A DNA stretch of 64,000 bases from Gemmatimonadota bacterium (GCA_039586365.1 JBDHKN010000034.1:8186-72185), one strand, 5' to 3'. Counted from the stretch's first letter, positions 27,614-36,383 are shown. A program made the numbers and translations. The notes: generated from the letters alone by a model not told the origin.

Positions 27614-29568
27614 CGACCGAGCTCAACCCCGGAATGACCTTCGAGAGCTTTGCGGTAGGGCCAGGTAATCAGTTAGCGGTGACTGCGGCTCGAGCTGTGG
27701 CGGAACGGCTCGACGGAGCTTACAGCCCACTCTACATCCATGGGGGAGGAGGGCTCGGCAAGACACACCTACTCATAGCGATCGGACATGTGGCGGCCGA
27801 GGCGTTTCCCCCCCGGGTGGTGGAGTACTTCACGCCGAGTCGCCTAGCCGAGGCCTTCAATGCGGCGGCTTCAGCGGGCCAGAGTGAAACGTTCCGCAAT
27901 CTGCTGGCCGACGTCGACGTATTGTTGATCGACGATGCGCATCTTTTCGAGCGAAGGCAGGGCGCAAACACTGAGCTCCAGAGATTGACGCAGGACATCT
28001 TGGTTGAGGGGAGGAACCTCGTTCTTGCTGGCCATGTTCCACCCGGCGAAATCGACGGCCTGCGCAGGGAACTCGTAACGGCCTTGTCACAGGGACTAGT
28101 TGTTGAGATCGAACCGCTTGATTACGAAACGCGGTTGGCCATTTTGCAGCGCCGGGCGGAGAGCCGCGCTTCAGGCCTGGATCAGACTGTGCTGGCAGCG
28201 GTCGCCGAGTTCAATATCACCACTGCCAGAGAGTTGATCGCATTGCTCAATCGGCTGATCGCACTGGATGCGGTAAGTGAGACTCGGTTGATGCCTGATG
28301 CAGCAAGAGCGCTGTTAGAGGGAGAAGCACTTGCACTGGACGGGCGGCGTCCGGTACCATCGGTGGGTGGGGCAGAGACCCAGCGAGACGAGTTCGCGGA
28401 CTTCCTGTCCGAAGTGAGTGTCGCGGTCCAACAGCAGATCGAGGGGTGGGAGACGGACGTTCGGGATGCGATTGAGCGGTGGGGCCGTGAAGGTTTCGAC
28501 ACGAAGAGGCTGGAAGGGCTTCTCACGCAGAGTAATCCGATGCCGGTTGAGGCAACCATAGTGGAGTTCGAGCGAGACGTCCAGCAACTCCGAACCCTCC
28601 GTGAATCTGTTGCGGCAACCGATCCCACCCAGGCGGATGATCCGGTATTCTGTGATCCCGACCGGGTATCGGAGGCACACATATTGGCCGAGAGTATCGT
28701 GCCGGCTGTGGAGCTACCTCCCGGTCCCTCGTCTGCCTGGACCTTCGACAGTTACATCGAGACAGAAGGCAACAGAGCGGCCAACCAGGCCGTGCACGAG
28801 GTAGTGGATTCGCCAGTATCGGCGCACAATCCGCTCGTAATCGTGGGAGCGACCGGAGTGGGGAAGACACACCTCCTGCATGCACTGGGGAGCGGTCTGA
28901 GCGAGCATCTCGCCATGCCGGTAGCCTGTCTTTCCGGGCAGGAGTTCCACACCCTGGCCAGGAGCGCGGTCGAAGAGAATGCGCTTGAGGCCTTCGGGTC
29001 GCTGTTTGATCGGGCGGGTGCGCTGCTGATTGACGATATACACATGCTGGTGGGGCATGAGCGATCTCAAGAAGAACTGTACAGGATTGTCTCAGTGCTC
29101 ATAGGGACATCCCGGCAAGTCGCATTCACCGTCAGTTCTGACCCTGCCGAGATCGACGGTCTCACCGCACAGCTGAGGCAGTGCATTGACGGTGGCAGGC
29201 AGGTGGTGTTGACGTCACCCGACCGTGAATTGCGACGCCGCTTGGTGCAGCGGGTGCTGCGGGATCGGGTGGGAGAAGCCGATCCTGAACTGCTGGATTA
29301 CTTGGCGGATCGACCGGCTGAATCAGTGCGGGTGGTGACGGGCCTAGCCCAGCGGATAGTCGACTCCGCGGACGGCCAAGGCTTGCCGCCTAGTGCGGCT
29401 CTCGCCCGTCAGCTGATCGAAGGGGCCCTCCCCAAGGTGGAGCGAGTGTCTCGAGGGATGCGAACCAGTGGGGTCATGGTTTCGCTGGCGAGCGGCGTCA
29501 AGAGTCGCGAGAAGATGATCTGGAACTGGCCCGATCCGGGAGAGCGGCTGATAGAGGAACTTTCGTAG
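27610..29568 (+). CDS. Protein with two DnaA/Hda-type AAA+ domains and no DNA-binding domain
   Basis: Domain 1: LNPGMTFESF..G.GN, GGGGLGKTHLL, LLIDD. Domain 2: WTFDSY..GN, GATGVGKTHLL, LLIDDIH. No DnaA domain I or IV. Confidence 0.85.
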   Translation: MTTELNPGMTFESFAVGPGNQLAVTAARAVAERLDGAYSPLYIHGGGGLGKTHLLIAIGHVAAEAFPPRVVEYFTPSRLAEAFNAAASAGQSETFRNLLADVDVLLIDDAHLFERRQGANTELQRLTQDILVEGRNLVLAGHVPPGEIDGLRRELVTALSQGLVVEIEPLDYETRLAILQRRAESRASGLDQTVLAAVAEFNITTARELIALLNRLIALDAVSETRLMPDAARALLEGEALALDGRRPVPSVGGAETQRDEFADFLSEVSVAVQQQIEGWETDVRDAIERWGREGFDTKRLEGLLTQSNPMPVEATIVEFERDVQQLRTLRESVAATDPTQADDPVFCDPDRVSEAHILAESIVPAVELPPGPSSAWTFDSYIETEGNRAANQAVHEVVDSPVSAHNPLVIVGATGVGKTHLLHALGSGLSEHLAMPVACLSGQEFHTLARSAVEENALEAFGSLFDRAGALLIDDIHMLVGHERSQEELYRIVSVLIGTSRQVAFTVSSDPAEIDGLTAQLRQCIDGGRQVVLTSPDRELRRRLVQRVLRDRVGEADPELLDYLADRPAESVRVVTGLAQRIVDSADGQGLPPSAALARQLIEGALPKVERVSRGMRTSGVMVSLASGVKSREKMIWNWPDPGERLIEELS

Positions 29569-31187
29569 TGGCTATCAAAGGCAGTCTCAAGGAAGCGTCC
29601 CTCCCAGACGTGCTCCAACTGCTATCGCTCGGGCGCAAGACGGGCTGTCTGTCCGTTTCAGACCGTTCAAGCCTGGGGTACGTCTTCTTCGATGCAGGCC
29701 GAATCATATACGCCACCGTTGTCAACAGGCGCGACAGGCTCGGGGACATACTCCACAAGAGCGGCAGGATCACGCAGAAACAGCTGGACGAAGCCGTACG
29801 ACTGCAGGACGCGGGTCGCGACAAGAAGTTGGGAGAGATCCTGGTTGAAACCGGGGCTATCTCGCAATCTGAGTTGGAGCATTGCGTGCGGCTGCAGATA
29901 GAGGAAGCTGTCTTCTTTCTGTTCACATGGCGGCGCGGGAGCTTCACTTTTGAGAGCGACGTCCGACCGCACCGTCAGGATTACCTGGTCTCCATCGATC
30001 CTGAGGCTCTCCTCTTGGAGGGAGCACGGCGGATTGACGAGTGGAGCCTCATCGAGAAGAAAGTCCCCTCTTTTGACCTGGTGTTCCAAACTGACGAGGA
30101 GCGCCTGATGTCCTCCGACGCTTCCCTGTCGGAAGCGCAGCAGCGCATTGCACCCCTACTGAACGGCAGCCGCGACCTATTCGCAGTGATCGAAGAGACC
30201 GGGCTCGTAGAGTTCGAGGTCGGCAAGGCGCTTTACGGACTTCTGACCGCTGGCTTCGTTCACCAGGTAGGCCGCAAAGCAGCGGAGCGGCGGCGCGAGG
30301 TCTCTGGGGTCCGTATCGATGAGCACAGGAACCTCGGCATCGCGTTCTATCGCACCGGGATGCTAGATGAGTCGTTGCGTGAGTTCCGTCGAGTGGTTGA
30401 GCTGGGGCCGTCGGACGGGGGTGCCTACTTTTACCTCGGCCTCATCTACTTCAAGCAGGCGCAGTGGCAGCAGGCGATCGAAGCGTTCAAGCAGGCAGTG
30501 GAGAAAGGTGGATCACAGCCGTCAATACTCTATAACTTGGCGCTCAGCTACGAGAAAGCCGGGATGCTCGCCGAAGCGGAGGAGGCCTATGCCGACTCGG
30601 CGACTCGAGCACGTCGGGATTCACGCGTCCTGACAGGTTGGGGGCTGGTGGCCTTGCACCGCAGTGACTTCGAAGTGGCAGAGGGCCGGCTCGACCGGGC
30701 ACGTGAGGTGACCGGTGGCGAGGGCATGAGTGCCATCTGGTACTGGGCTCGCTCACTGGCAGCTGGGGCTCAGGAGGACTACGATTCGGCGGAACGCATC
30801 TTGAGAGAAGGTGTAGAGCTGTTTCCCGAACATGCTGTGCTGCGAAACAACCTGGGAGCCCTACTTGAATTGCTGGGCCGAGTCGACGAAGCCGAGGAGC
30901 TTTTGAAGACGGCGCTGGCAGACGAACCGAGCGTCCCGCAACTGTCGAAGAATCTCGGTGATCTCCACTACCGGAGCGGCCGCTACGACGAAGCGTGGGA
31001 TGCCTATCAACGCGCAGTCAAGCTCCAGCCCGAGTTGGGCGACGATGTGTATTTCAAGCTGGGCAACATCGCGTACAAGCGGCAAGATCGCGAGCTCGCA
31101 ACCACCTGCTGGCACAAGGCTCTTGAGCTGAACCCGATTCACGAGTTGGCTCGCACGAACCTAGAGACTGTGAGCGCCCTTAAGTGA
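29568..31187 (+). CDS. DUF4388 (PatA-N-like) domain + MshEN-like repeat + TPR protein
   Basis: MAIKGSLKEASLPDVLQLL..GRKTG; LLLEGARRIDEW; multiple C-terminal TPRs; paralog of 24255..25409. Confidence 0.82.
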   Translation: MAIKGSLKEASLPDVLQLLSLGRKTGCLSVSDRSSLGYVFFDAGRIIYATVVNRRDRLGDILHKSGRITQKQLDEAVRLQDAGRDKKLGEILVETGAISQSELEHCVRLQIEEAVFFLFTWRRGSFTFESDVRPHRQDYLVSIDPEALLLEGARRIDEWSLIEKKVPSFDLVFQTDEERLMSSDASLSEAQQRIAPLLNGSRDLFAVIEETGLVEFEVGKALYGLLTAGFVHQVGRKAAERRREVSGVRIDEHRNLGIAFYRTGMLDESLREFRRVVELGPSDGGAYFYLGLIYFKQAQWQQAIEAFKQAVEKGGSQPSILYNLALSYEKAGMLAEAEEAYADSATRARRDSRVLTGWGLVALHRSDFEVAEGRLDRAREVTGGEGMSAIWYWARSLAAGAQEDYDSAERILREGVELFPEHAVLRNNLGALLELLGRVDEAEELLKTALADEPSVPQLSKNLGDLHYRSGRYDEAWDAYQRAVKLQPELGDDVYFKLGNIAYKRQDRELATTCWHKALELNPIHELARTNLETVSALK

Positions 31188-31996
31188 ACAAGAGGCGGCG
31201 CGATCCCGACCTCGCCGCTCTGGTTGAAAAGATTGCTCGGGAACGCCACTTCGGCTTCGACGCATACAAAGAGGGTTGTCTCAGGCGACGTGTGGCAGTT
31301 CGCATGAGAGTAAGAGGCGTGACGACCTATGAGGAGTACGCTGAACTACTGGATCGCGATACGAACGAATACGAGAGTCTCCTGGACACCCTCACTATCA
31401 ATGTCACCAAGTTCTACCGTAACAGAGAGACCTGGGAAGCGTTGGCTCGGAACCAGCTTCGGGCCCTGCTACGATCGCGGGGAGGCCAGGTCCGGTGCTG
31501 GTCGGCAGGGTGTGCGTCCGGTGAGGAACCGTTCACACTGGCGATATTACTGTTCGAGACGGCAGCACATGAGCGACTCACAGCGACGGCGATTCAAATC
31601 GACGCTACCGATTTCGACTCAAACAGCCTTAACCGTGCTCGCCGTGGCGAGTACAGCAAGGCCGCGTTCGACGAAATGCCAGCGGACTTGGCTCGGCGGT
31701 ACTTCAGTGATGGTAGCGTTAGGGTGGTCGACCAACGAATCAGCGGAACCGTACGGTTCCGTCGCCACGACATCACCAGAGAGCCACCACCGGAGCCGCC
31801 ATACGACTTGATTATGTGCCGGAATGTGCTGATCTATTTTGATCGCGCTACTCAGGATCGCTTAGTATCCCAGTTCATAGGGGCTCTGCGGCCCGGAGGC
31901 TACTTGGTATTGGGAAGGGCAGAGACGATACTTGGTGACCTCCGTGAGTGCGTGAAATTGGAGGATCCGCGTGAGCGCATCTATCGGCGGCCATGA
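31184..31996 (+). CDS. cheR: Chemotaxis methyltransferase CheR
   Basis: LTINVTKFYRN, WSAGCASGEEP, DLIMCRNVLIYF. Confidence 0.95.
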   Translation: MNKRRRDPDLAALVEKIARERHFGFDAYKEGCLRRRVAVRMRVRGVTTYEEYAELLDRDTNEYESLLDTLTINVTKFYRNRETWEALARNQLRALLRSRGGQVRCWSAGCASGEEPFTLAILLFETAAHERLTATAIQIDATDFDSNSLNRARRGEYSKAAFDEMPADLARRYFSDGSVRVVDQRISGTVRFRRHDITREPPPEPPYDLIMCRNVLIYFDRATQDRLVSQFIGALRPGGYLVLGRAETILGDLRECVKLEDPRERIYRRP

Positions 31997-32487
31997 GTGA
32001 GGGTCCGGCAGAGACCCTGGTGCGTCTCGGTGCCCTTGAGGTGACTGATCAAGCAGACACCCTCATGGCGTTGGGGTTGGGCAGCTGTGTGGCCGTGATC
32101 CTTCATGATCCCAAGGCGAAGGTAGGCGGTCTCGCCCATATCCTCCTGCCATCTCAGTCGTTGTCGCGTGACAGTACGAATTTCGCACGGTCCGCCGATA
32201 CGGCTGTGCCGCGTCTCCTTCAATTGATGCACGAGCGCGGTGCGACCCGCAGTCAGGTTGTGGCGCGACTAGTTGGCGGAGCGAGCATGTTTGCCGATTT
32301 GCTGGCTGCCGGCACGGTCCATATTGGTGAGCGAAACGTCAATGCATGTAGGCTGAGCCTACGTCGGGCGGGGGTGCCCATAGTAGGAGAAGCGGTCGGT
32401 GGCCAGAAGAGCCGCTCAGTCTGGCTCGACGTGGGACGGGGTACAGTCACCGTACGCACGGTGGGTGGTGAGCCGACAACTATCTAG
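31993..32487 (+). CDS. cheD: Chemoreceptor glutamine deamidase CheD
   Basis: LGSCVAV (catalytic Cys), AHILLP (His), GGASMF, IGERN. Confidence 0.93.
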   Translation: MSEGPAETLVRLGALEVTDQADTLMALGLGSCVAVILHDPKAKVGGLAHILLPSQSLSRDSTNFARSADTAVPRLLQLMHERGATRSQVVARLVGGASMFADLLAAGTVHIGERNVNACRLSLRRAGVPIVGEAVGGQKSRSVWLDVGRGTVTVRTVGGEPTTI

Positions 32488-33547
32488 TTCACAAGCCACT
32501 GTCCTCGTAGTGGACGACAGCGCCTTCATGCGACGCATATTGGCGGATGCCATCTCCGAGTCCGATAGCTTCAGGCTGGCTGGTACGGCCCGGGACGGTG
32601 TCGACGCCATTGAGAAGGTGAACAGGCTCGAGCCAGATCTCGTAACGATGGACATCGAAATGCCGAGGCTCGGTGGGTTGGATACGATAGAGAGAATCAT
32701 GCAGGAGAGTCCTCGACCCATTGTTGTAGTAAGTGCTCATGCAGGGTTGGGTACGGCCGCGGCCATCAAAGCTCTTGAGGTGGGAGCGGTTGAGGTCGTT
32801 GCCAAACCGAGCGGGCGAGATCCCGCAGGTCTCGCCGTGATGGTTTCGTCCATGATGGCCGCTCTCACCGCGGCCGCAATGGCAGTCGTAGAGCGGACAC
32901 CGCCAATATCCGTCGACCGAGAGATCTTGTATGCCCAGGCGCATTCTGGTCGCAAGCCGCGCCATGCACGAGCTGCGGTGGCTATTGCGGCCAGCACAGG
33001 AGGTCCCCGTGCGCTCACGCAGCTGGTGCCCGCGATACCCTCGGGTCTGGGTCTTGGTACCCTCGTGGTCCAACACATGCCCGCAGGGTTTACCAAGAGC
33101 TTGGCGCAACGGCTGCATGAGTTGAGCTGCTTGACCGTCGTGGAAGCTGAGGATGGTATGGAGGTTCTGGCCGACACGGTGTACGTAGCACCCGGCGACC
33201 ATCATATGCGGGTGGCCGGCCCAGACGGCCTGCTGATACGGTTGGATCGCGACACTCCCGTGTGGGGTGTGCGACCGGCGGCCGATCCACTGTTCTACTC
33301 AGTGGCGGCGCACTTTGGCCCGCGGGCGGTGGGTGTGGTGCTGACAGGCATGGGGCGAGACGGTGCTGCCGGTCTCAAGGCGATAAGAGATGCTGGGGGG
33401 AGGGGAGTCGTGCAAGACCAGGCCACCTCGGTGGTGTTCGGTATGCCAAAGGCCGCTATTGATGCAGGTGGTGCTAACGCGATTGAGCCTTTGTCGGGAC
33501 TCGCGTCCGCGGTCACTAGGTTTGTTACAAGCGAGGGAGGTCATTGA
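32468..33547 (+). CDS. cheB: Chemotaxis methylesterase/response regulator CheB
   Basis: Receiver VVDDSAFMR, MDIEMP; esterase triad ASTGGP, QHMP, LTGMGRDG; start GTG 32468 inferred. Confidence 0.94.
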   Translation: MSRQLSSSQATVLVVDDSAFMRRILADAISESDSFRLAGTARDGVDAIEKVNRLEPDLVTMDIEMPRLGGLDTIERIMQESPRPIVVVSAHAGLGTAAAIKALEVGAVEVVAKPSGRDPAGLAVMVSSMMAALTAAAMAVVERTPPISVDREILYAQAHSGRKPRHARAAVAIAASTGGPRALTQLVPAIPSGLGLGTLVVQHMPAGFTKSLAQRLHELSCLTVVEAEDGMEVLADTVYVAPGDHHMRVAGPDGLLIRLDRDTPVWGVRPAADPLFYSVAAHFGPRAVGVVLTGMGRDGAAGLKAIRDAGGRGVVQDQATSVVFGMPKAAIDAGGANAIEPLSGLASAVTRFVTSEGGH

Positions 33548-33972
33548 AGGGTTATCTCCGCGTTCGCGCAGAGGGCACACACTACGGCCTACGGGTGGAT
33601 CAGGTGCTCGAAGTAGTAGACGGGTTCGAGCTGCGTCGGGTACCGGCCACACACGAATCAGTGCGCGGTGTCACTCCGTTGCGAGGACGGCTAGTACCGC
33701 TGATTCAACTAGCCGCGCTCCTGGGTGATCGGCCACCACCGCCCACTCTTGGTGGAACCGCTGTGCTGGTGCGGTGTTCCGGATTGGTGGTGGCCTTCGA
33801 GGTGGACGATGCGGAGGAGCTCGTTGCGGAGAATCCCCTCCCTGTCCCGGACGTCTGGCGGCTTCCCTGGGCGTCAGGTGTGGGGCGCTATCGCGGGGAC
33901 CTCATACCAATCATCGATCTCGAGATTCTGGCAGGGCGATTGATGCCTGGACGCGAGGGTACTGGGGAATGA
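33544..33972 (+). CDS. cheW: CheW domain protein (divergent)
   Basis: YGLRVDQVLEV...RVP...VRGV..LRGRLVPLI; TTG start after GGGAGG. Confidence 0.8.
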   Translation: MKGYLRVRAEGTHYGLRVDQVLEVVDGFELRRVPATHESVRGVTPLRGRLVPLIQLAALLGDRPPPPTLGGTAVLVRCSGLVVAFEVDDAEELVAENPLPVPDVWRLPWASGVGRYRGDLIPIIDLEILAGRLMPGREGTGE

Positions 33973-34445
33973 GCGTGGGTGACGAGATCCAGTTGGTGAC
34001 CTTTCGCCTCGGCGGGCATGAGCTTGCGTTCAACGTTTTCGAGGTAGAGCGAGTGTTGCGGTACGAGGGACCCACTCCACTGCCGGATTCCCCAGATTAT
34101 CTCCTGGGGACTCTCCGCTACGGTAGCGAGGTGGTGCCGGTAGTCGATCTGCGAAAGCGGCTCCGAGTGCCCGCTACCGTGGAGGATGTTACCAGGATCA
34201 TTGTGGTTCAGTGGGAACATGGAAGACTCGGAGTAGTGGTTGATGCGGTGCTCGAAGTCACCAAAGTGTCCGCCGACGAAATCGTACCACCACCGCAATT
34301 CGTGAAGGGACTTGCGGCTGAGTGCGTTGGGGGTATCGTGTCGGCGGGCGACCGGACAATAGTCGTACTCGCGGTGGCAAGGCTGCTCGCGTCCAACGAG
34401 CAGCTGAAATTGGACACTCTGATGGCGGAGATACCCCATGGGTGA
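33969..34445 (+). CDS. cheW: CheW domain protein
   Basis: QLVTFRLG...VERVL...LPDSPDYLLG...VVPVVDLRKRL...GVVVDAVLEV; ATG 33969. Confidence 0.88.
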   Translation: MSVGDEIQLVTFRLGGHELAFNVFEVERVLRYEGPTPLPDSPDYLLGTLRYGSEVVPVVDLRKRLRVPATVEDVTRIIVVQWEHGRLGVVVDAVLEVTKVSADEIVPPPQFVKGLAAECVGGIVSAGDRTIVVLAVARLLASNEQLKLDTLMAEIPHG

Positions 34446-35301
34446 ACCGATTGTTGCCCAAATGCGGGCCCTTTACAACGAGATCGTTCAGAACCTAGAG
34501 GCGGTGCGGTCCGGTGGTGATAGAGAGGCGGTCAAGCACGACATCATCGCTCTGTTCAAGACAGTCGATCAGGGCATAACAGACCTCACCGAGCTGAAGG
34601 AAGACATTAGGGTCCTGGTCGAGAAATACAAACAGCTAGCCCAGAGCACGAGCGGAGACCGGGCGCCAGAGTTCACGGGGGCTGTTCCCGCCGTCAGGGT
34701 CGACCACATCGGTGCTTCGACTTTCATCGAGAAGGGGTGGAGCCTCATCTCACTGGGGGATTATCCCGGTGCGCTACTGGCCCTGAACAAGGCGCTGTCG
34801 CTGTCACCCGGCGATGTGCAGGCTGAGTCGTTGCTCGGCTGGGCACAGATGCTCAACGAAGACTACGATGATGCGCTGGCGACCTTTCAGCAGGTTCTCA
34901 TGAAAGAGCCGGCCAATTCCTTGGCTCGTATCAACGTTGGCTACATCTGCCTGAAGAAGGGCATTTTCGGGGAAGCGATCGAGCACCTTTCCAAGGCCAT
35001 TAGGTTGGACAATGACAAGAAGGCGACGTTGTATGCGCACTTCTACTTGGGCTTGGTGTACCTCGAGCGGGACATGTACGAGGATGCGCAGACGTTCTTT
35101 GAGAAGACACTCAGGCTCGGGCCGAATTTAGTCGAAGCGTACTACGAGCTCGGGCGCGCGCAGTGGTTCGCCGGGGACCGGGAAGGAGCGAAGGGTACCT
35201 GGGCCAGCGGATACAAGACCAACAAGTTCAACTCTTGGGGCAAACGTTGTAAGGAGACCCTCAATTTGGTAGAGCGAGGACAGGAGCCACCACGTTCGTA
35301 G
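34438..35301 (+). CDS. Coiled-coil + TPR protein
   Basis: Helical N-terminus (~70 aa) followed by about five clean TPRs (ARINVG, AHFYLG, AYYELG). Confidence 0.82.
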   Translation: MGEPIVAQMRALYNEIVQNLEAVRSGGDREAVKHDIIALFKTVDQGITDLTELKEDIRVLVEKYKQLAQSTSGDRAPEFTGAVPAVRVDHIGASTFIEKGWSLISLGDYPGALLALNKALSLSPGDVQAESLLGWAQMLNEDYDDALATFQQVLMKEPANSLARINVGYICLKKGIFGEAIEHLSKAIRLDNDKKATLYAHFYLGLVYLERDMYEDAQTFFEKTLRLGPNLVEAYYELGRAQWFAGDREGAKGTWASGYKTNKFNSWGKRCKETLNLVERGQEPPRS

Positions 35302-35411
35302 CAGCGCTTCTCGTAGCCCTGCTGTCGCAGGACCCATCACTTGTCAGTGTCGGGCGAGCGAGTGCGGTTTTTTGGCCAGGTGATGAGTCGGGTGCGACGA
35401 TCCTGGCTGAA

Positions 35412-36155
35412 ATGGCTGACAAAGCCGGTCCTTGGCCGGGAATACCCAGTGTTTCAGAGCGGCGGGTCCGTCTGATCATCGCTCCAGACGACCAACGGTT
35501 TGACTCGCTCACCAGCAGTCGTCTGCCAGAGTGGGGTGGCGGAGCGGCGTTCCCGGGTTCGAACACGATCGTGCTGAAGCTCACCGGTGACGTGCGCAGG
35601 GTGCTGCGGCACGAGCTGGCCCATCTCGCGCTGCACAGTGTCGTCAAGCGAGTTCCCTTGTGGTTTGATGAGGGGTACGCGGCGTGGGCGTCTGGTGAGT
35701 GGGACCGTGTGAGGGCATTACGGGTAAACTGGGCGCTCCTGACTGGTGCCTCTCCTACCTTGCGGCAAGTCGAAGCAGACTTGAGGGGCAGCGTGGCCGG
35801 CGCTGAAACGGCCTATGCGCTGGCGATGACCGCGGTGCTGCTATTGGAGCATTTGGGTGGTGACCGCGGGCTAGAGCCGTTGATCGCCAACCTGGCCGAC
35901 ACCCCCGATTTCGATCGGGCGCTGCGGATCACCAATCAGATGACTCTGGGACAATTCGAGGAACTGTGGCGTCGCGAGTTGCGCACTCGCTACGGGTGGG
36001 TACTGTTTTTCGGATCTGTGACAGTGTTCTGGGCCGTGTTGGCGCTTGTGCTCACGAGTTTATGGTGGTGGCGCCGCCAGCGGGACCGGGATCGGCGGGC
36101 GGCTCTTGACGAAGGGTGGGTCGTTCCGCTAGATGAATGGGACGCAAGTGCTTGA
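35412..36155 (+). CDS. Membrane-anchored zinc metallopeptidase (peptidase MA-like/gluzincin); true start probably upstream
   Basis: RHELAH (HExxH) plus downstream PLWFDEG; C-terminal TM helix followed by a basic stretch; open frame extends 5' to 35253. Confidence 0.75.
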   Translation: MADKAGPWPGIPSVSERRVRLIIAPDDQRFDSLTSSRLPEWGGGAAFPGSNTIVLKLTGDVRRVLRHELAHLALHSVVKRVPLWFDEGYAAWASGEWDRVRALRVNWALLTGASPTLRQVEADLRGSVAGAETAYALAMTAVLLLEHLGGDRGLEPLIANLADTPDFDRALRITNQMTLGQFEELWRRELRTRYGWVLFFGSVTVFWAVLALVLTSLWWWRRQRDRDRRAALDEGWVVPLDEWDASA

Positions 36156-36180
36156 CGCATATGGAACTTCCGATTAGCGT
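36152..36180 (+). promoter_or_regulatory. Sigma70-type promoter
   Basis: TTGACG(36152-36157)-N17-TAGCGT(36175-36180) upstream of the small membrane protein and tRNA-Val. Confidence 0.55.
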
Positions 36181-36188
36181 GAGTGTCT

Positions 36189-36371
36189 ATGTCTAAGGGT
36201 AGTTCCCCTGCTCGCCTCCACTTCCGCAGCAGGAACTTCGCTCTGCTGGGCGGTGCGCTAGTGGCGGTGGGCATCGGATACCTGCTATTGGCAGGTGGCG
36301 ATACCACCTTGGCCCCGATCCTGCTTGTGCTAGGCTACTGCGTGTTGTTTCCGTTAGGCCTGGCTTTGTGA
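36189..36371 (+). CDS. Small two-TM membrane protein, DUF3098-like
   Basis: RNFALL...GYLLLAGG...TLAPILLVLGY pattern; 60 aa from ATG 36189. Confidence 0.65.
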   Translation: MSKGSSPARLHFRSRNFALLGGALVAVGIGYLLLAGGDTTLAPILLVLGYCVLFPLGLAL

Positions 36372-36383
36372 AAGGGAGTGCGC

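Noticed and set aside
27610..29568. Calling this gene dnaA and the region oriC
   Set aside because: No domain IV, duplicated ATPase domain, no dnaN/recF/gyrB neighbours and no intergenic space for DnaA boxes
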